Translations under genes and position numbers: made by a program
The notes under the pieces: model-generated
Databases searched by the model: none
What the model saw: only the letters and a program-made list of their open reading frames with translations
What the model was told of the DNA's origin: nothing
Source: an uncultured Fibrobacteria bacterium
GTDB taxonomy: Bacteria > Fibrobacterota > Fibrobacteria > UBA11236
Length of the DNA: 64,000 nt
Direction of reading: 5' to 3'
NCBI GenBank assembly: GCA_963716395.1
Contig: OY970309.1
Coordinates: 1,216,001-1,280,000 of the forward strand
In this document: in pieces, positions 19,046 through 28,539 of the stretch
Numbering within the stretch: position 1 is the first letter of the stretch
Layout: each line of letters opens with the position of its first letter

Positions 19046-20659
19046 TCAGCCCGCGGACAACAGCCGGTTCATGCCGTTGAACAGGGCCTTGATGTTGGCC
19101 TTGATGGTGTCTTTGTCTTTGCCGCGTCCGATGGCCGCGGGTTCGACGGGAACGCCGTCGGGCCCTTTGCGCTGGAGCTTGATCTGCGACAGCGCGTAGG
19201 CCGCGAAGTCGAGATGCTCGATGTCGACCGCCTGCTGCGCGTATTCGATCAGGTGAAAGCGCAGGCCGATGGATTCCACCGCCTGCATGCACGCGTCGAC
19301 CGGCCCCGTGCCGCGGCCGATCACGGTCTGCTCGCGACCGCGCCAGCGCACGTCAAAGGCGAATTCCTTTTCGTCGGGATCGACGCGCAACCCGCGAAAT
19401 TCCAGGGGCCCGTCGTTTTGGAGCAAGGCCTCGTCATAGGCGCGCACGAAATCGGCGTCGGAAAGTTCGCCCTTGCCCTGCTCCGACATCCGTTTCAACA
19501 GCGGCTGCAAGAGCGCGGCCTCTTCCAAGGTGATGGGCAACCCCAATCCCCGGATGATTGCATACACCGCGCTTTTGCCCGATTGGCTGGTGAAGGCCAG
19601 GCGATCGGATTCTTTGCGGCCGATGAGATCGCCCTCGAAGGCGCGGTAGGCGCCTTTTTTCATGCCTTTGGTTTTGGCCGCGCCGTCCTGGTGGATGCCG
19701 CTGCGGTGCGCCACCACGTCGGCGCCGACCAGCGGGGCTTTTTCGTAAATCGGCACGCGCGACCATTCCGCCACCGCCAGGGCGGTTTCGTAAATCTCCT
19801 CCATGTGCAGCGGCACGTCGACTTCGCAATTGCTGAGCGCCACCGCGACCTCGTACAGATTGGTGTTGCCCGCGCGTTCGCCCAAACCGTTCAAGGCGCA
19901 TTCGAGCTGGGTCGCGCCCGCGAAAAAGCTTTCCACGGTCGTGGCCGTGGCCATGCCCAAGTCGTTGTGGGTGTGCACGGCGATGGTGACCTGCGGCGGC
20001 AGGGCTGCGACCACCTTGCGCACCATGTCGACGAATACCAGGGGGCGGTAACGCTCCACGGTATTGGGCAAATTGATCACCGTGGCGCCGGCCTCCACCA
20101 CGGCCCGAAAGGTATCGAGCACGAAGTCGAAATTGTCCAGGCAGTCGCCGAAATGCTCGGCCGAAAACTGGATGCTGCCTCGCCCTTGCATCAGCGTGCG
20201 GATTTGCGCCACCGCGTCCACCGCCCGCTTCTGCACTTGTGCCGGCGTCATGCGCAACACGTGCTCCATGTTGTAGGACGACGTGGTGATGAAGGTGTGA
20301 ACACGCGGGTTATGCGCCGGGCGCACCGCCTCCCAGGCGCGTTCGATGTCACGCGGCACGGCGCGGGCCAGGCTCGAGATCACTACGTCTTCCGGGGCGA
20401 TTTTCGCCAGATGCGCGCAGGCCTCGAAATCCATCTCGGCCGCGCCGGCATAGCCCACCTCGATGCCCTGCACGCCCAGGGCCAGAAGCCGCCGGAACAC
20501 CCGTTCTTTCTCTTCGAGATTCCAGGGGTGGCGCAGGGCCTGGTTGCCGTCGCGCAAGGTCACGTCGTAGAAAAAAGGTCGTCTTCCGCCCTGCTCGCGC
20601 AAGGTCACGTCGAAGAACGACGGTTGCCGATCCGATGATTGTTGTGAGTTCCCGTTCAT
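19046..20659 (-). CDS. leuA: 2-isopropylmalate synthase
   Basis: Motifs DVTLRDGNQ, HTHNDLG, GLGERAGN and HRSGIHQDG; Leu attenuator upstream. Confidence 0.9.
   Translation of the reverse strand: MNGNSQQSSDRQPSFFDVTLREQGGRRPFFYDVTLRDGNQALRHPWNLEEKERVFRRLLALGVQGIEVGYAGAAEMDFEACAHLAKIAPEDVVISSLARAVPRDIERAWEAVRPAHNPRVHTFITTSSYNMEHVLRMTPAQVQKRAVDAVAQIRTLMQGRGSIQFSAEHFGDCLDNFDFVLDTFRAVVEAGATVINLPNTVERYRPLVFVDMVRKVVAALPPQVTIAVHTHNDLGMATATTVESFFAGATQLECALNGLGERAGNTNLYEVAVALSNCEVDVPLHMEEIYETALAVAEWSRVPIYEKAPLVGADVVAHRSGIHQDGAAKTKGMKKGAYRAFEGDLIGRKESDRLAFTSQSGKSAVYAIIRGLGLPITLEEAALLQPLLKRMSEQGKGELSDADFVRAYDEALLQNDGPLEFRGLRVDPDEKEFAFDVRWRGREQTVIGRGTGPVDACMQAVESIGLRFHLIEYAQQAVDIEHLDFAAYALSQIKLQRKGPDGVPVEPAAIGRGKDKDTIKANIKALFNGMNRLLSAG
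20550..20612. repeat. 18-bp direct repeat, 45 bp apart, in the 5' end of leuA
   Basis: TCGCGCAAGGTCACGTCG at 20550-20567 and 20595-20612. Confidence 0.9.
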
Positions 20660-20751
20660 GGGGATCCATCCTTTCCGTTCTTGCGCGCGGCCTTCGCTCC
20701 GCTTGCGCCCGGAAGCGACCCATTCCTTTGTTCCCCGGCGGACCCCTCAAT

Positions 20752-20785
20752 GAAAAAGGCCCACTCGCAGGAGTGGGCCTTTTTC
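20752..20785 (-). terminator. Attenuator terminator of the leuA leader
   Basis: Perfect hairpin GAAAAAGGCCCACTC-loop-GAGTGGGCCTTTTTC with a U-tract. Confidence 0.85.
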
Positions 20786-20803
20786 CAAACGCTCCGCTCC
20801 CCC

Positions 20804-20860
20804 TCAGCCGGTCAGGCTAAGCAGGAGGTCCAGAGTGTTATGCGCGATCGCAAAGAACAT
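20804..20860 (-). CDS. Leucine leader peptide MFFAIAHNTLDLLLSLTG
   Basis: 18-aa uORF with 5 Leu in 7 codons, ending about 18 nt before the terminator upstream of leuA. Confidence 0.85.
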   Translation of the reverse strand: MFFAIAHNTLDLLLSLTG

Positions 20861-20899
20861 GTAAGGAGAATACACAAACGCGGCCGGTTTCGCAAGGGG

Positions 20900-21664
20900 T
20901 CAAAAGGAGGTCGAAACCAGAAAACCGCCCATCTCCGGGCCGATCTCGGGATCGATGCGGAAGCTCAGTCCCTTGCCCGACGTACGCCGGTATAAGCGCA
21001 GGGTATGCGCCAGAGACACCACGCGGTTCAAAATCAATCCGCCGACCGCGAAGGAAAGGGCGATTTTGGCACCGCGGTAATGGTTCAAAATCGATTGGAA
21101 CTCGTGCCAATGCGCGGTATTGGCCGGCGTATTCGAGCTGCCAAAATCCCAGGCTTCGGAAGGAGGCACGGCGTAATTTCCACTGGTCACGCCGGAAAGC
21201 ACCTGGCTCAATTCATAACTATCCTGCCGATGCGCCGCTTCGGCGTAGGAGCGGTAGGTGGCCAGCAAATTGAGATAGGTTTCGCCTTGGCCGGCGGCGT
21301 TGGCACCCGCGTATTCTTCGGCGTAGTTGCGGGCCGATTGCAAATAGCTGTCGCGCGCCTGCCAGGCTACGAATAAGGCCGACCAGAACCCGATCTCGGT
21401 CAGAAGAAAAGCTTCGGCGGAATTTTTTTGGCGTAAATAGGCTTCACCTGCTCCGGGCAACAAGGCCGAGCCCAGCAAGGCCAGACCCAGCGAACGATCC
21501 CGGTTCTGCAGGCGCGTTGAATCCACCGCCACGGTGATGTCGGTTCCGGGCTGTGCTCCCACGACCACGTCCTGCGCCCGGGCCGAGACTGCGGACACGC
21601 ACAGGACAAGCGGCACAAGAACGCGGGCGAACACGCCGGGGTATCTAGGGGCGAACCGGTGCAT
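20900..21664 (-). CDS. Secreted or envelope hypothetical protein with a DUF5683-like motif
   Basis: Signal peptide; motif ALLGSALLPGAGEAY; C-terminal Phe. Confidence 0.7.
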   Translation of the reverse strand: MHRFAPRYPGVFARVLVPLVLCVSAVSARAQDVVVGAQPGTDITVAVDSTRLQNRDRSLGLALLGSALLPGAGEAYLRQKNSAEAFLLTEIGFWSALFVAWQARDSYLQSARNYAEEYAGANAAGQGETYLNLLATYRSYAEAAHRQDSYELSQVLSGVTSGNYAVPPSEAWDFGSSNTPANTAHWHEFQSILNHYRGAKIALSFAVGGLILNRVVSLAHTLRLYRRTSGKGLSFRIDPEIGPEMGGFLVSTSF

Positions 21665-21670
21665 GCGAAA

Positions 21671-22927
21671 TCAAAAGGAAACGGTGGCCACTACCGTAGT
21701 GCGCGGCCACGCGCCGTCAAACCCCAATTCGCTGTTGAAACGGAGGCGATCATACCAGGTGGTTTCGGTTTGATACAGCGACATATTGTGGGCGCGGGCG
21801 GTGAGGGCCGCGTCGAGAGCCGAGACGATGTGGTTGACGACGATGCCGCCCAAAAACCAGGCTTGCATGCGCGCATAGCGATTGGCCGTGGCGCGCATGG
21901 CCACGTATTGATCGCGCATAGCGCTGGTGCCGGAAACTTCCGAGGAATCGGCATAGGTCACGCTCTGGGCGTCCTTCCAGCCGGCGATGAATTCCTGTTC
22001 TTTGCCGATGAGCTCGTAAAAGGAAAAAGAGTTGGGAAAGTTCGCGCGCCAGGCGTGTATGGAATCGCTTTGGGCGGAGGCCGGTGTCACATTGCCGTAG
22101 TCGTGGCTGTTCACCACATTCTGAAAGTGCGAGTATCCGCTGCTTTGAACGACGGGATCCTCGCAGCCCTGCAAGTCCAAGCCACCGTTGGCGCCGCCTT
22201 GTACGACGTCTTCGCAATACGTGCTTCGAAAGGAGTTCTGAGTAGCGAAGGAACCGTTATTCTCATTTGCCTGAATGGAATCTTCGTATTTGCTCTGGCT
22301 CCAGTTGGCGTCCGCGAAGCGCTGGTACTTGTTCACTTCGGCGTCTTGCTTGACCACCACGTAGTGATACCAGAATATGCCCAGCGCCACGTCGATGCCC
22401 AGATAGCCTGCGGCGCGCACATAATTCAGCGTGCTTTGCCCCACATAGGCCTGTCCCAAACCGGGAATGACCAACGACATGAACAACGCTTTTTTGGGGC
22501 TGCGGTAATGTCCCTTGAGCTCATTCATCGGATTGATGGTGGTTTCGCGTACCAAGCGTTGACGCCGTTTCCGTATGGCTTCGGTATCGGCCTTGGCCGC
22601 CGTCGCGGTATCGGTTTTGACCGGAGTTTTCGCCGTGGTTGTGTCACGCCGCGCCGTGGTATCGGAAAGGTTTTTTTTGGCCACGGTATCGGTGGCCGCC
22701 GCTTTAACCGTGTCTTTGCGGGCCAACGTGTCGGTTTTCGGGGCGGCGGCGCTGTCTTTGACCACCGCCGGCTTGGGCTCGGCCGAATCGGATTTGGGAA
22801 CCGTGACGCTGTAGAGATCGCTGGTATCCGCAGCCGGCTGCAGTTTTACGTGCTGCGCAGAAGGCGTAGCCGCGTGCACGGCGGACGGCCCTCCCATTAG
22901 CAATGAGACGAAAAGAATGAAACGCAA
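21671..22927 (-). CDS. Secreted or envelope hypothetical protein with a DUF5683-like motif; distant paralog of its neighbour
   Basis: Probable TTG start at 22927 after GGAG; signal peptide; A/K/D/T-rich linker; motif KALFMSLVIPGLGQAY; C-terminal Phe. Confidence 0.7.
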   Translation of the reverse strand: MRFILFVSLLMGGPSAVHAATPSAQHVKLQPAADTSDLYSVTVPKSDSAEPKPAVVKDSAAAPKTDTLARKDTVKAAATDTVAKKNLSDTTARRDTTTAKTPVKTDTATAAKADTEAIRKRRQRLVRETTINPMNELKGHYRSPKKALFMSLVIPGLGQAYVGQSTLNYVRAAGYLGIDVALGIFWYHYVVVKQDAEVNKYQRFADANWSQSKYEDSIQANENNGSFATQNSFRSTYCEDVVQGGANGGLDLQGCEDPVVQSSGYSHFQNVVNSHDYGNVTPASAQSDSIHAWRANFPNSFSFYELIGKEQEFIAGWKDAQSVTYADSSEVSGTSAMRDQYVAMRATANRYARMQAWFLGGIVVNHIVSALDAALTARAHNMSLYQTETTWYDRLRFNSELGFDGAWPRTTVVATVSF

Positions 22928-22995
22928 ACTTGCGACTCCGTTTTGGGGGAATCTACAAATTTGAAGGATTGCGGCTTTGCGGGGAAACCCGGTGA

Positions 22996-23808
22996 TCACA
23001 AACCCAATACGTCGACCATGGAATACAAGCCGGGCGGCTTGCCCGGGAGAAAAAGCGCCGCGCGCAGGGCACCTTGTGCAAAAGGCAGGCGATTATGCGC
23101 CATATGCTTGAGTTCGATGCGTTCGCCCGCCCCCGCAAACAACACGGTATGATCGCCCGCGATGTCTCCGGCGCGCACGGCATGTATACCGATCTGCCGC
23201 AACGGCCTGCCCCCCGTCATTCCGTGCCGCCCGTAAACCGCGGCCTCGTCCAGCGAAACGTTCAATCCGCGCGCCACGGCTTCGGCAAACCCCAACGCCG
23301 TGCCGCTGGGAGCGTCTTTTTTCTGGTTGTGATGGGCCTCGATAATCTCGGCGTCGAAGTCCTGGCCCAGGGCGCGGGCCACGGTTTCCGCCACCTTGAA
23401 CAGCACGGTCACGCCGATGCTCATATTGGGAGAGAACACCAGCGGCACCTTGCGCGCGGCTTCGTGTATGCGTCGTTTCTGATCCGCCGAAAACCCCGTG
23501 GTGCACAGCACGTGGCAGGCGCCGGCGCGTTTTATGATCTCGAGCGCCGCCAGGGAGGATTCGGGAGTGGTGAAGTCGATGACCACGCATCCCGGCCGCA
23601 CCACGTCTTCCAGCGAATCGGTGAGCGGAATGTCGATGCCTGCAAAGGCGGGGTTCTGGCCAAAGGGATGTTGCCCGCCTTTGGCTTCAATGGCGCCGAT
23701 TACGGTCAGGGGTGCTGGCTGTTTTTCGCTCAGGAGTTTGGCGCAGGCGGCGAGAACCATCTGACCCATGCGCCCACGCGCACCGAGCACGACCACTTCA
23801 ACCGGCAT
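22996..23808 (-). CDS. dapB: 4-hydroxy-tetrahydrodipicolinate reductase
   Basis: Motifs GARGRMG, IDFT, TTG and EAHHNQKKDAPSGTA. Confidence 0.96.
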   Translation of the reverse strand: MPVEVVVLGARGRMGQMVLAACAKLLSEKQPAPLTVIGAIEAKGGQHPFGQNPAFAGIDIPLTDSLEDVVRPGCVVIDFTTPESSLAALEIIKRAGACHVLCTTGFSADQKRRIHEAARKVPLVFSPNMSIGVTVLFKVAETVARALGQDFDAEIIEAHHNQKKDAPSGTALGFAEAVARGLNVSLDEAAVYGRHGMTGGRPLRQIGIHAVRAGDIAGDHTVLFAGAGERIELKHMAHNRLPFAQGALRAALFLPGKPPGLYSMVDVLGL

Positions 23809-23852
23809 CGCCGCCGTTCCTCGGGTTCAATGCCACCCGGATTCTCCGCCGC

Positions 23853-24305
23853 TTAATGCGATTCGTCGGAAATGACCCACAGCTTCACCTTGGTCTCGAC
23901 CGCCTTGTGAAGCTGCAATTTGATGGTGTACATGCCGAGTTGCTTAATGGGTTCGCCCAATTGCACGACTTTTTTGTCCAAGTCATACCCGGCTTCGCGC
24001 AATTTCAAGGCGATGTCGGCGGAGTGGATCGACCCGTACAGTTTTTCGCCTTCATGCACCTTGGCGGCAATGGTCAGGGACACATCTTTCAATTTGTCGG
24101 CCATCACCTGGAAGGCCGCTTTTTCCTGGCGCAGGCGCTCTTCGGCTTTGGCGCGGAACAAGTCGAGCTGCTTGCGCGACGAAGCCGTGGCCAGTACCGC
24201 CAGGCCCCGAGGAAACAGGTAATTGTGCGCGTAGCCGTTCTTCACCTTGACGAGGTCGTAAGATTTGCCGAGGCCCTCGATATCTTCGTTCAGAATGACG
24301 TCCAT
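23853..24305 (-). CDS. rplI: 50S ribosomal protein L9
   Basis: Motifs MDVILNEDIEGLG..VKVKNGYAHNYLFP and KLYGSI. Confidence 0.97.
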   Translation of the reverse strand: MDVILNEDIEGLGKSYDLVKVKNGYAHNYLFPRGLAVLATASSRKQLDLFRAKAEERLRQEKAAFQVMADKLKDVSLTIAAKVHEGEKLYGSIHSADIALKLREAGYDLDKKVVQLGEPIKQLGMYTIKLQLHKAVETKVKLWVISDESH

Positions 24306-24323
24306 AAAAACTCCTTGCCCGGC

Positions 24324-24599
24324 TTAGCGCATGTTTTCGGCCACGAAGGGCAGCAGCGCCAGATGGCGGGCGCGTTTGATGGCTACAGCCAGTTCGCGCT
24401 GGTAGCGCGCCGAAGTGCCCGAGAATTTGCGCGAGGTGATTTTGCCCCGTTCATTGATGAACTTTTTCAGGAGCTTGTCGTCCTTGTAGTCGATATGCGC
24501 GATTTTATTTTCGGTGAAGTAACAGGTTTTGCGCTTCTTCGCCTTCCATTCGCGGTCTTTGCCGCCCTTGCCTTCGCGTTCGCGATCTCTTCCGGGCAT
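24324..24599 (-). CDS. rpsR: 30S ribosomal protein S18
   Basis: Motifs [17 protein letters not shown] and [13 protein letters not shown]. Confidence 0.97.
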   Translation of the reverse strand: MPGRDREREGKGGKDREWKAKKRKTCYFTENKIAHIDYKDDKLLKKFINERGKITSRKFSGTSARYQRELAVAIKRARHLALLPFVAENMR

Positions 24600-24600
24600 G

Positions 24601-24972
24601 CTACTCGTCTCCTTTTCGCGTTTTCTCCTCGGCGTGCTCCGCGACCAAGGCGGCCTCTTCGCTTCCGGGCGCCGGCGGTATGCCGACGGGGTTTTCCGCT
24701 ACGGTCAGCCAGCGCAACACGTTTTCATTGATGCGCAAGCGCTTGCCCAACTCCGCCGGCAGCGTGGTATCGGCCTCGTAATAGAACACGGCGTATTCGC
24801 CGTGGGTGCGCTTGCGAATGGGGTAGGCCAACCGGCGTTTTCCCCAGCGATCCACCCGGATGATTTTTCCCTGCGAATCGATGAGCTTGGAGACGGCGTC
24901 GAATTCCGAGGCGATGGATTCTTCGGGAATCATCGCGTCGACGACGAGAACGGTTTCGTATTGTTTGGTCAC
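24601..24972 (-). CDS. rpsF: 30S ribosomal protein S6
   Basis: GTG start at 24972; motifs [20 protein letters not shown] and NENVLR. Confidence 0.95.
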   Translation of the reverse strand: MTKQYETVLVVDAMIPEESIASEFDAVSKLIDSQGKIIRVDRWGKRRLAYPIRKRTHGEYAVFYYEADTTLPAELGKRLRINENVLRWLTVAENPVGIPPAPGSEEAALVAEHAEEKTRKGDE

Positions 24973-25057
24973 AGCACCTTCCCATGGGCTTCCGCGGGAA
25001 AATTCCCACGGAGAGGCTCCCGTCAGGGGAGCAGGAATGTTACCCGGAATTCCGGGG
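24973..25057 (-). promoter_or_regulatory. Candidate S6:S18-binding autoregulatory leader RNA
   Basis: Structured rpsF 5'UTR: UUCCUGCUCCC can pair with the SD region GGGAAGG, enclosing the hairpin UCCGUGGGAA/UUCCCGCGGA. Confidence 0.55.
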
Positions 25058-25148
25058 CGGAGTAATGTAGCATAAGACCTGCGATTTTCAAGCCCGACAA
25101 GGCTTTGCCGGCGTGCTTTCACCCTTCGGCTTTGACCCTTCCACCCCT

Positions 25149-25877
25149 TCAGAAGGCCAGATTCGATCCTAAAATCCAGGCGAAATCGCGCGTGTGAGAA
25201 CCGCTTTCCAGGAACAACCGGCCGAATTGGTATTCGTTGAAGAGATAAAAGGCTTTCACGGTTTCGCGCAGAGGGGGAAACAGAGCCAAAAGATCCACGG
25301 CCACGCCCGGAAGCGTCCGCATATTCACCGAACCTTCGACATTGTCGATGTTCTGTCCCACGAGTGAAAGCTCGATCCGCTGGCCCAGGGTCGCCCCCGC
25401 AAAGCGCGAGAACTTCCAGCCCAAACCCCATTCCCAAGCAAAACTGGCATTGGTTTCCACCAAGGGTGCGCGAAAAAATCCCACCGAGTCCGAAGGGGAT
25501 TGCAAGGAGATATTCAGGTTGTCGAACCCGAATTGCGCGCCGGTGTAAACCGCCGCTTGGTTCCAGGCTTTATGCACCCGGCCGATGAGAAAAAAACGGT
25601 TCAATACGGTTTGCGTCGAATCTGAGGGCTCGCCCGCGTTCATTTTGAATCCCACTCCTCCGGAAAACCAAGGCGTATAGTAATACTCGACGGCTCCCTG
25701 CCATTGATACAAGCCCAAGGTATCTCCGTAATTATGGTACCAGCCGCCGGAAAAGGATCCTTCTATGCCGTGCTCCAAATACATACTGCCGTTGGGATAG
25801 GGAATGGAAAAGGCCTCGGGCGCAGCGGCGGCCCCGGCCCAAGCCAGCGCAACCCAGGCGTAGAATCGGCCGAGCAT
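25149..25877 (-). CDS. Putative outer-membrane beta-barrel protein
   Basis: Signal peptide, alternating aromatic beta-strands and C-terminal LAF; TGATG coupling with the upstream gene. Confidence 0.65.
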   Translation of the reverse strand: MLGRFYAWVALAWAGAAAAPEAFSIPYPNGSMYLEHGIEGSFSGGWYHNYGDTLGLYQWQGAVEYYYTPWFSGGVGFKMNAGEPSDSTQTVLNRFFLIGRVHKAWNQAAVYTGAQFGFDNLNISLQSPSDSVGFFRAPLVETNASFAWEWGLGWKFSRFAGATLGQRIELSLVGQNIDNVEGSVNMRTLPGVAVDLLALFPPLRETVKAFYLFNEYQFGRLFLESGSHTRDFAWILGSNLAF

Positions 25878-27145
25878 CAGGCCGGAAAGTACTCGCGAAA
25901 CGATCGGGGGGCCAGTACGGGCCGGCCGAAGCGGCGGCTCAAATCGGCCGGGGAGAGGTCGTCGAGAAAGCGGCCTTCGACGTTGAGGCAATTGGGCGGC
26001 AACAATACCGGACCCTGCCTGCGGCTGGTTTCCAAAGCCGCCGTCAAATCTTTGCCGCACAGAAGCCCCGTCACCGTCACCGAATCGCCGAAAGTCTGAT
26101 TCTCGCACACCAGCATTTCCGAATCCAGGTCGCGGTCGCGGCGCAGGACCTGCAAAATGCCGCCCAGGGTCTCCGAGGCGAGCGGGGCGGTGAGTACGGT
26201 GACCGCATGGCCTTGCGGCGCACGCGGCAAGGCGGGCAATTCGGCCGTAAAGGCGTCTTGCAGCGTTCGCAAGGTGCCGACCCCGTTTTCGTATTGACTG
26301 AAGTCGCCGTAAAACTCGGCGGGCGGAATCGGTTCGCCGGCGCGAACATAGATTTCATCGGAGGGATAAATGAAGTGTCGCCCGGTTTCGGCAAAGGCTT
26401 CCACCTCATGCCGCAGGGTGATTTCCATGCAGGCCAGCGCGTCTTCCCGTGTGAAACCGCGCAAAGGTGTGAGCTTGCTGCGATGCCGGGTCAATCCCAC
26501 GGGCACCACCGAAATCGAAAGCAGCCAGGGCCGGAAAGTCCGCAGTTCGCGCAGCGAGCGGTCGAGTTCCAGCCCGTCGTTCCAGCCCGGAACCACCACG
26601 ATTTGGGTGTGGAAGCGCACATCGTGATCGCGCATCCACCCCAGGCGATCCAGAATGGGTTCGAGCTTCGGATTTTTCAGCATGCGCGTACGCACCCCGT
26701 GATCCGTGGCATGCACCGACACATACAGCGGCGACAGGTGCTGCTCCAGCACGCGCTCCCAATCCTCGGGCTTCATGTTCGACAGGGTGGTGAAATGGCC
26801 GTCGAGAAACGAATAGCGGTAATCCTCGTCTTTTACATACAATGAACGCCGCATGCCTTTGGGCGTCTGGTACACGAAGCAGAACACGCAATCATTCTTG
26901 CAGATTTTGATCTTCATCACGTCGGGTTCGATTCCCAAGGCGCGTTCGGGATGGCGTTCGATATCGACCCCGATGGCGGCATCGGCGCGCATCAATTCCA
27001 GCGAGAGGTAGCCTTCGCTTTTGAAGAATTCGAAATCGAGCCGATCGCGGATTTCCTCGTTGTTGATGCGCAAAATGCGATCGCCCGATTGCAGACCTGC
27101 CAGGTCGGCGTCGGATCCGGGTTCAATGGCGGCGATGGTAATCAT
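25877..27145 (-). CDS. PDZ plus radical-SAM-like DUF512 protein
   Basis: N-terminal PDZ-like segment; motifs CKNDCVFCF, LYVKDEDYRYSFL and SVTVTGLL. Confidence 0.88.
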   Translation of the reverse strand: MITIAAIEPGSDADLAGLQSGDRILRINNEEIRDRLDFEFFKSEGYLSLELMRADAAIGVDIERHPERALGIEPDVMKIKICKNDCVFCFVYQTPKGMRRSLYVKDEDYRYSFLDGHFTTLSNMKPEDWERVLEQHLSPLYVSVHATDHGVRTRMLKNPKLEPILDRLGWMRDHDVRFHTQIVVVPGWNDGLELDRSLRELRTFRPWLLSISVVPVGLTRHRSKLTPLRGFTREDALACMEITLRHEVEAFAETGRHFIYPSDEIYVRAGEPIPPAEFYGDFSQYENGVGTLRTLQDAFTAELPALPRAPQGHAVTVLTAPLASETLGGILQVLRRDRDLDSEMLVCENQTFGDSVTVTGLLCGKDLTAALETSRRQGPVLLPPNCLNVEGRFLDDLSPADLSRRFGRPVLAPRSFREYFPA

Positions 27146-27172
27146 GCGGTCAGGAAAGAAAGCGGTGCGGCC

Positions 27173-27233
27173 GGGCCAACTCAAATAATCGGTCCACCGA
27201 AAACGGGGCCGACGATGATTCGAGGCCTCCTAA
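27173..27233. repeat. Degenerate copy of the short inverted-repeat element at 28540
   Basis: Ungapped manual alignment gives 38/54 identity to the 28540 copy, including AATAATCGGTCC. Confidence 0.65.
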
Positions 27234-27278
27234 AGTAATTCGGCGGCGCGGAAAAGGAGTATACTCGGAATTTTACGG

Positions 27279-28394
27279 ATGAAAAACCGCGCTCCCCTTG
27301 TGGTTTTCGACGTGCGCCCCCTGCAATGCGGGTATGCACAGCGCGGCATCGGCCGCTATACGCGCGAATTGCTGCTCGCCCTGCAAGCCCGGCTGGCGGG
27401 GAAGCCTGCGCGCTACCGTCTGCGAAGCCTGGCGTTTCCGGGCGAATTGCCGGCCGCCGCGCCGCCCGCCGTCTTCCGGGCGCCGCGTTGGGAACGCGTC
27501 TGGCTCTGGGATCAAGGCGTGCTCCCCTGGAAATTGCGCCTGTCCGGGGCCACGATCTTTCACTCCTGCGCGGCCATGGGACCGCTCAAGGAGGTCAACT
27601 TTCCCGCGATGTTCGCGCCGCATTGCGTGCTCACCGTGCACGATTGGCACGCGTACGCCGAAGACGCGTCGCCGCTGGAGCGCTTCTACCGCTCGACCCG
27701 GCGTATGCGTTGGCAGTTGCGGCAGCTGCGCCGCGCCGGTCGGGTGGTGGTCGATGCGGCCTGCGTGGGCGAAGAAGCCGCACAGCGGTTCGGCGTTCCG
27801 CCGGAACGGATTTCTCTTGTTGCGCCGGGCGGCGATCATCTCGACGCCGTGCCCGAGTCGCCGCCTGCGGAAACCGGATTTGTGCTTTCCATCGGCGACG
27901 GACCGCATAAAGGTTTGCGTACAGCCTACCGGGCCATGGTGAGCGCGCGCGCGCAAGGTCTGGCCTGCGCCTGGACGGTGGTCGGCGATCCGCAACGCGT
28001 GCGCGCATGCTTGCAATTCGAAAGCGCGCTGCCGGCTTGGGTGCGCATTTGCTCCCAGGTGGGCGATTCCGAATTGAAAGGGTTGTACCGCGCCGCTGCG
28101 TGTTTGCTTTTTCCCTCGCCCCGCGAAGGCTTCGGCTTTCCGGCTTTGGAAGCCATGCGGCTGGGATGTCCGGTGCTGGCGGCCGACGCGGAACCTGTGC
28201 GTTCGCTGGTCGGCTTCCCCGAATCAATGTTCGCCCCCGAGGATGTCGCCGAGTTCGCCGGCGCTTTGCGCCGCCTGGCAACCGACCCGGAATGGCGAGC
28301 CCGCGTGATCGCGCATGGCAGGGAACGCGCCCGCGCCTATACGTGGAAGCAAACGGCGGATCGCGTCTTGGAAGTGTGGGACCGCCTGAGTTGA
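27279..28394 (+). CDS. Glycosyltransferase family 4
   Basis: Motifs RGIGRY and EGFGFPALEAMRLGCPV. Confidence 0.9.
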   Translation: MKNRAPLVVFDVRPLQCGYAQRGIGRYTRELLLALQARLAGKPARYRLRSLAFPGELPAAAPPAVFRAPRWERVWLWDQGVLPWKLRLSGATIFHSCAAMGPLKEVNFPAMFAPHCVLTVHDWHAYAEDASPLERFYRSTRRMRWQLRQLRRAGRVVVDAACVGEEAAQRFGVPPERISLVAPGGDHLDAVPESPPAETGFVLSIGDGPHKGLRTAYRAMVSARAQGLACAWTVVGDPQRVRACLQFESALPAWVRICSQVGDSELKGLYRAAACLLFPSPREGFGFPALEAMRLGCPVLAADAEPVRSLVGFPESMFAPEDVAEFAGALRRLATDPEWRARVIAHGRERARAYTWKQTADRVLEVWDRLS

Positions 28395-28455
28395 ATCGGC
28401 CGCAGGGGAATCGCGGCGACGCGATCCGCCGCTCCGATTATCTTTGCACGCTTGG

Positions 28456-28539
28456 GCCCGAGTGGCGGAATTGGTAGACGCTGAGGACTTAAAATCCTTT
28501 GGCCGTAAGGCCGTACGAGTTCAAGTCTCGTCTTGGGCA
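28456..28539 (+). tRNA. tRNA-Leu (anticodon TAA)
   Basis: Acceptor stem GCCCGAG/CTTGGGC, D-loop TGGCGGAATTGGTAGACG, anticodon arm GAGGA-CTTAAAA-TCCTT, long variable arm and GTTCAAGTC; CCA not encoded. Confidence 0.96.

Noticed and set aside
22560-22800. Repeated K/A-D-T motifs as a tandem array or CRISPR
   Set aside because: It is a low-complexity protein linker with no fixed-length DNA repeats or spacers.
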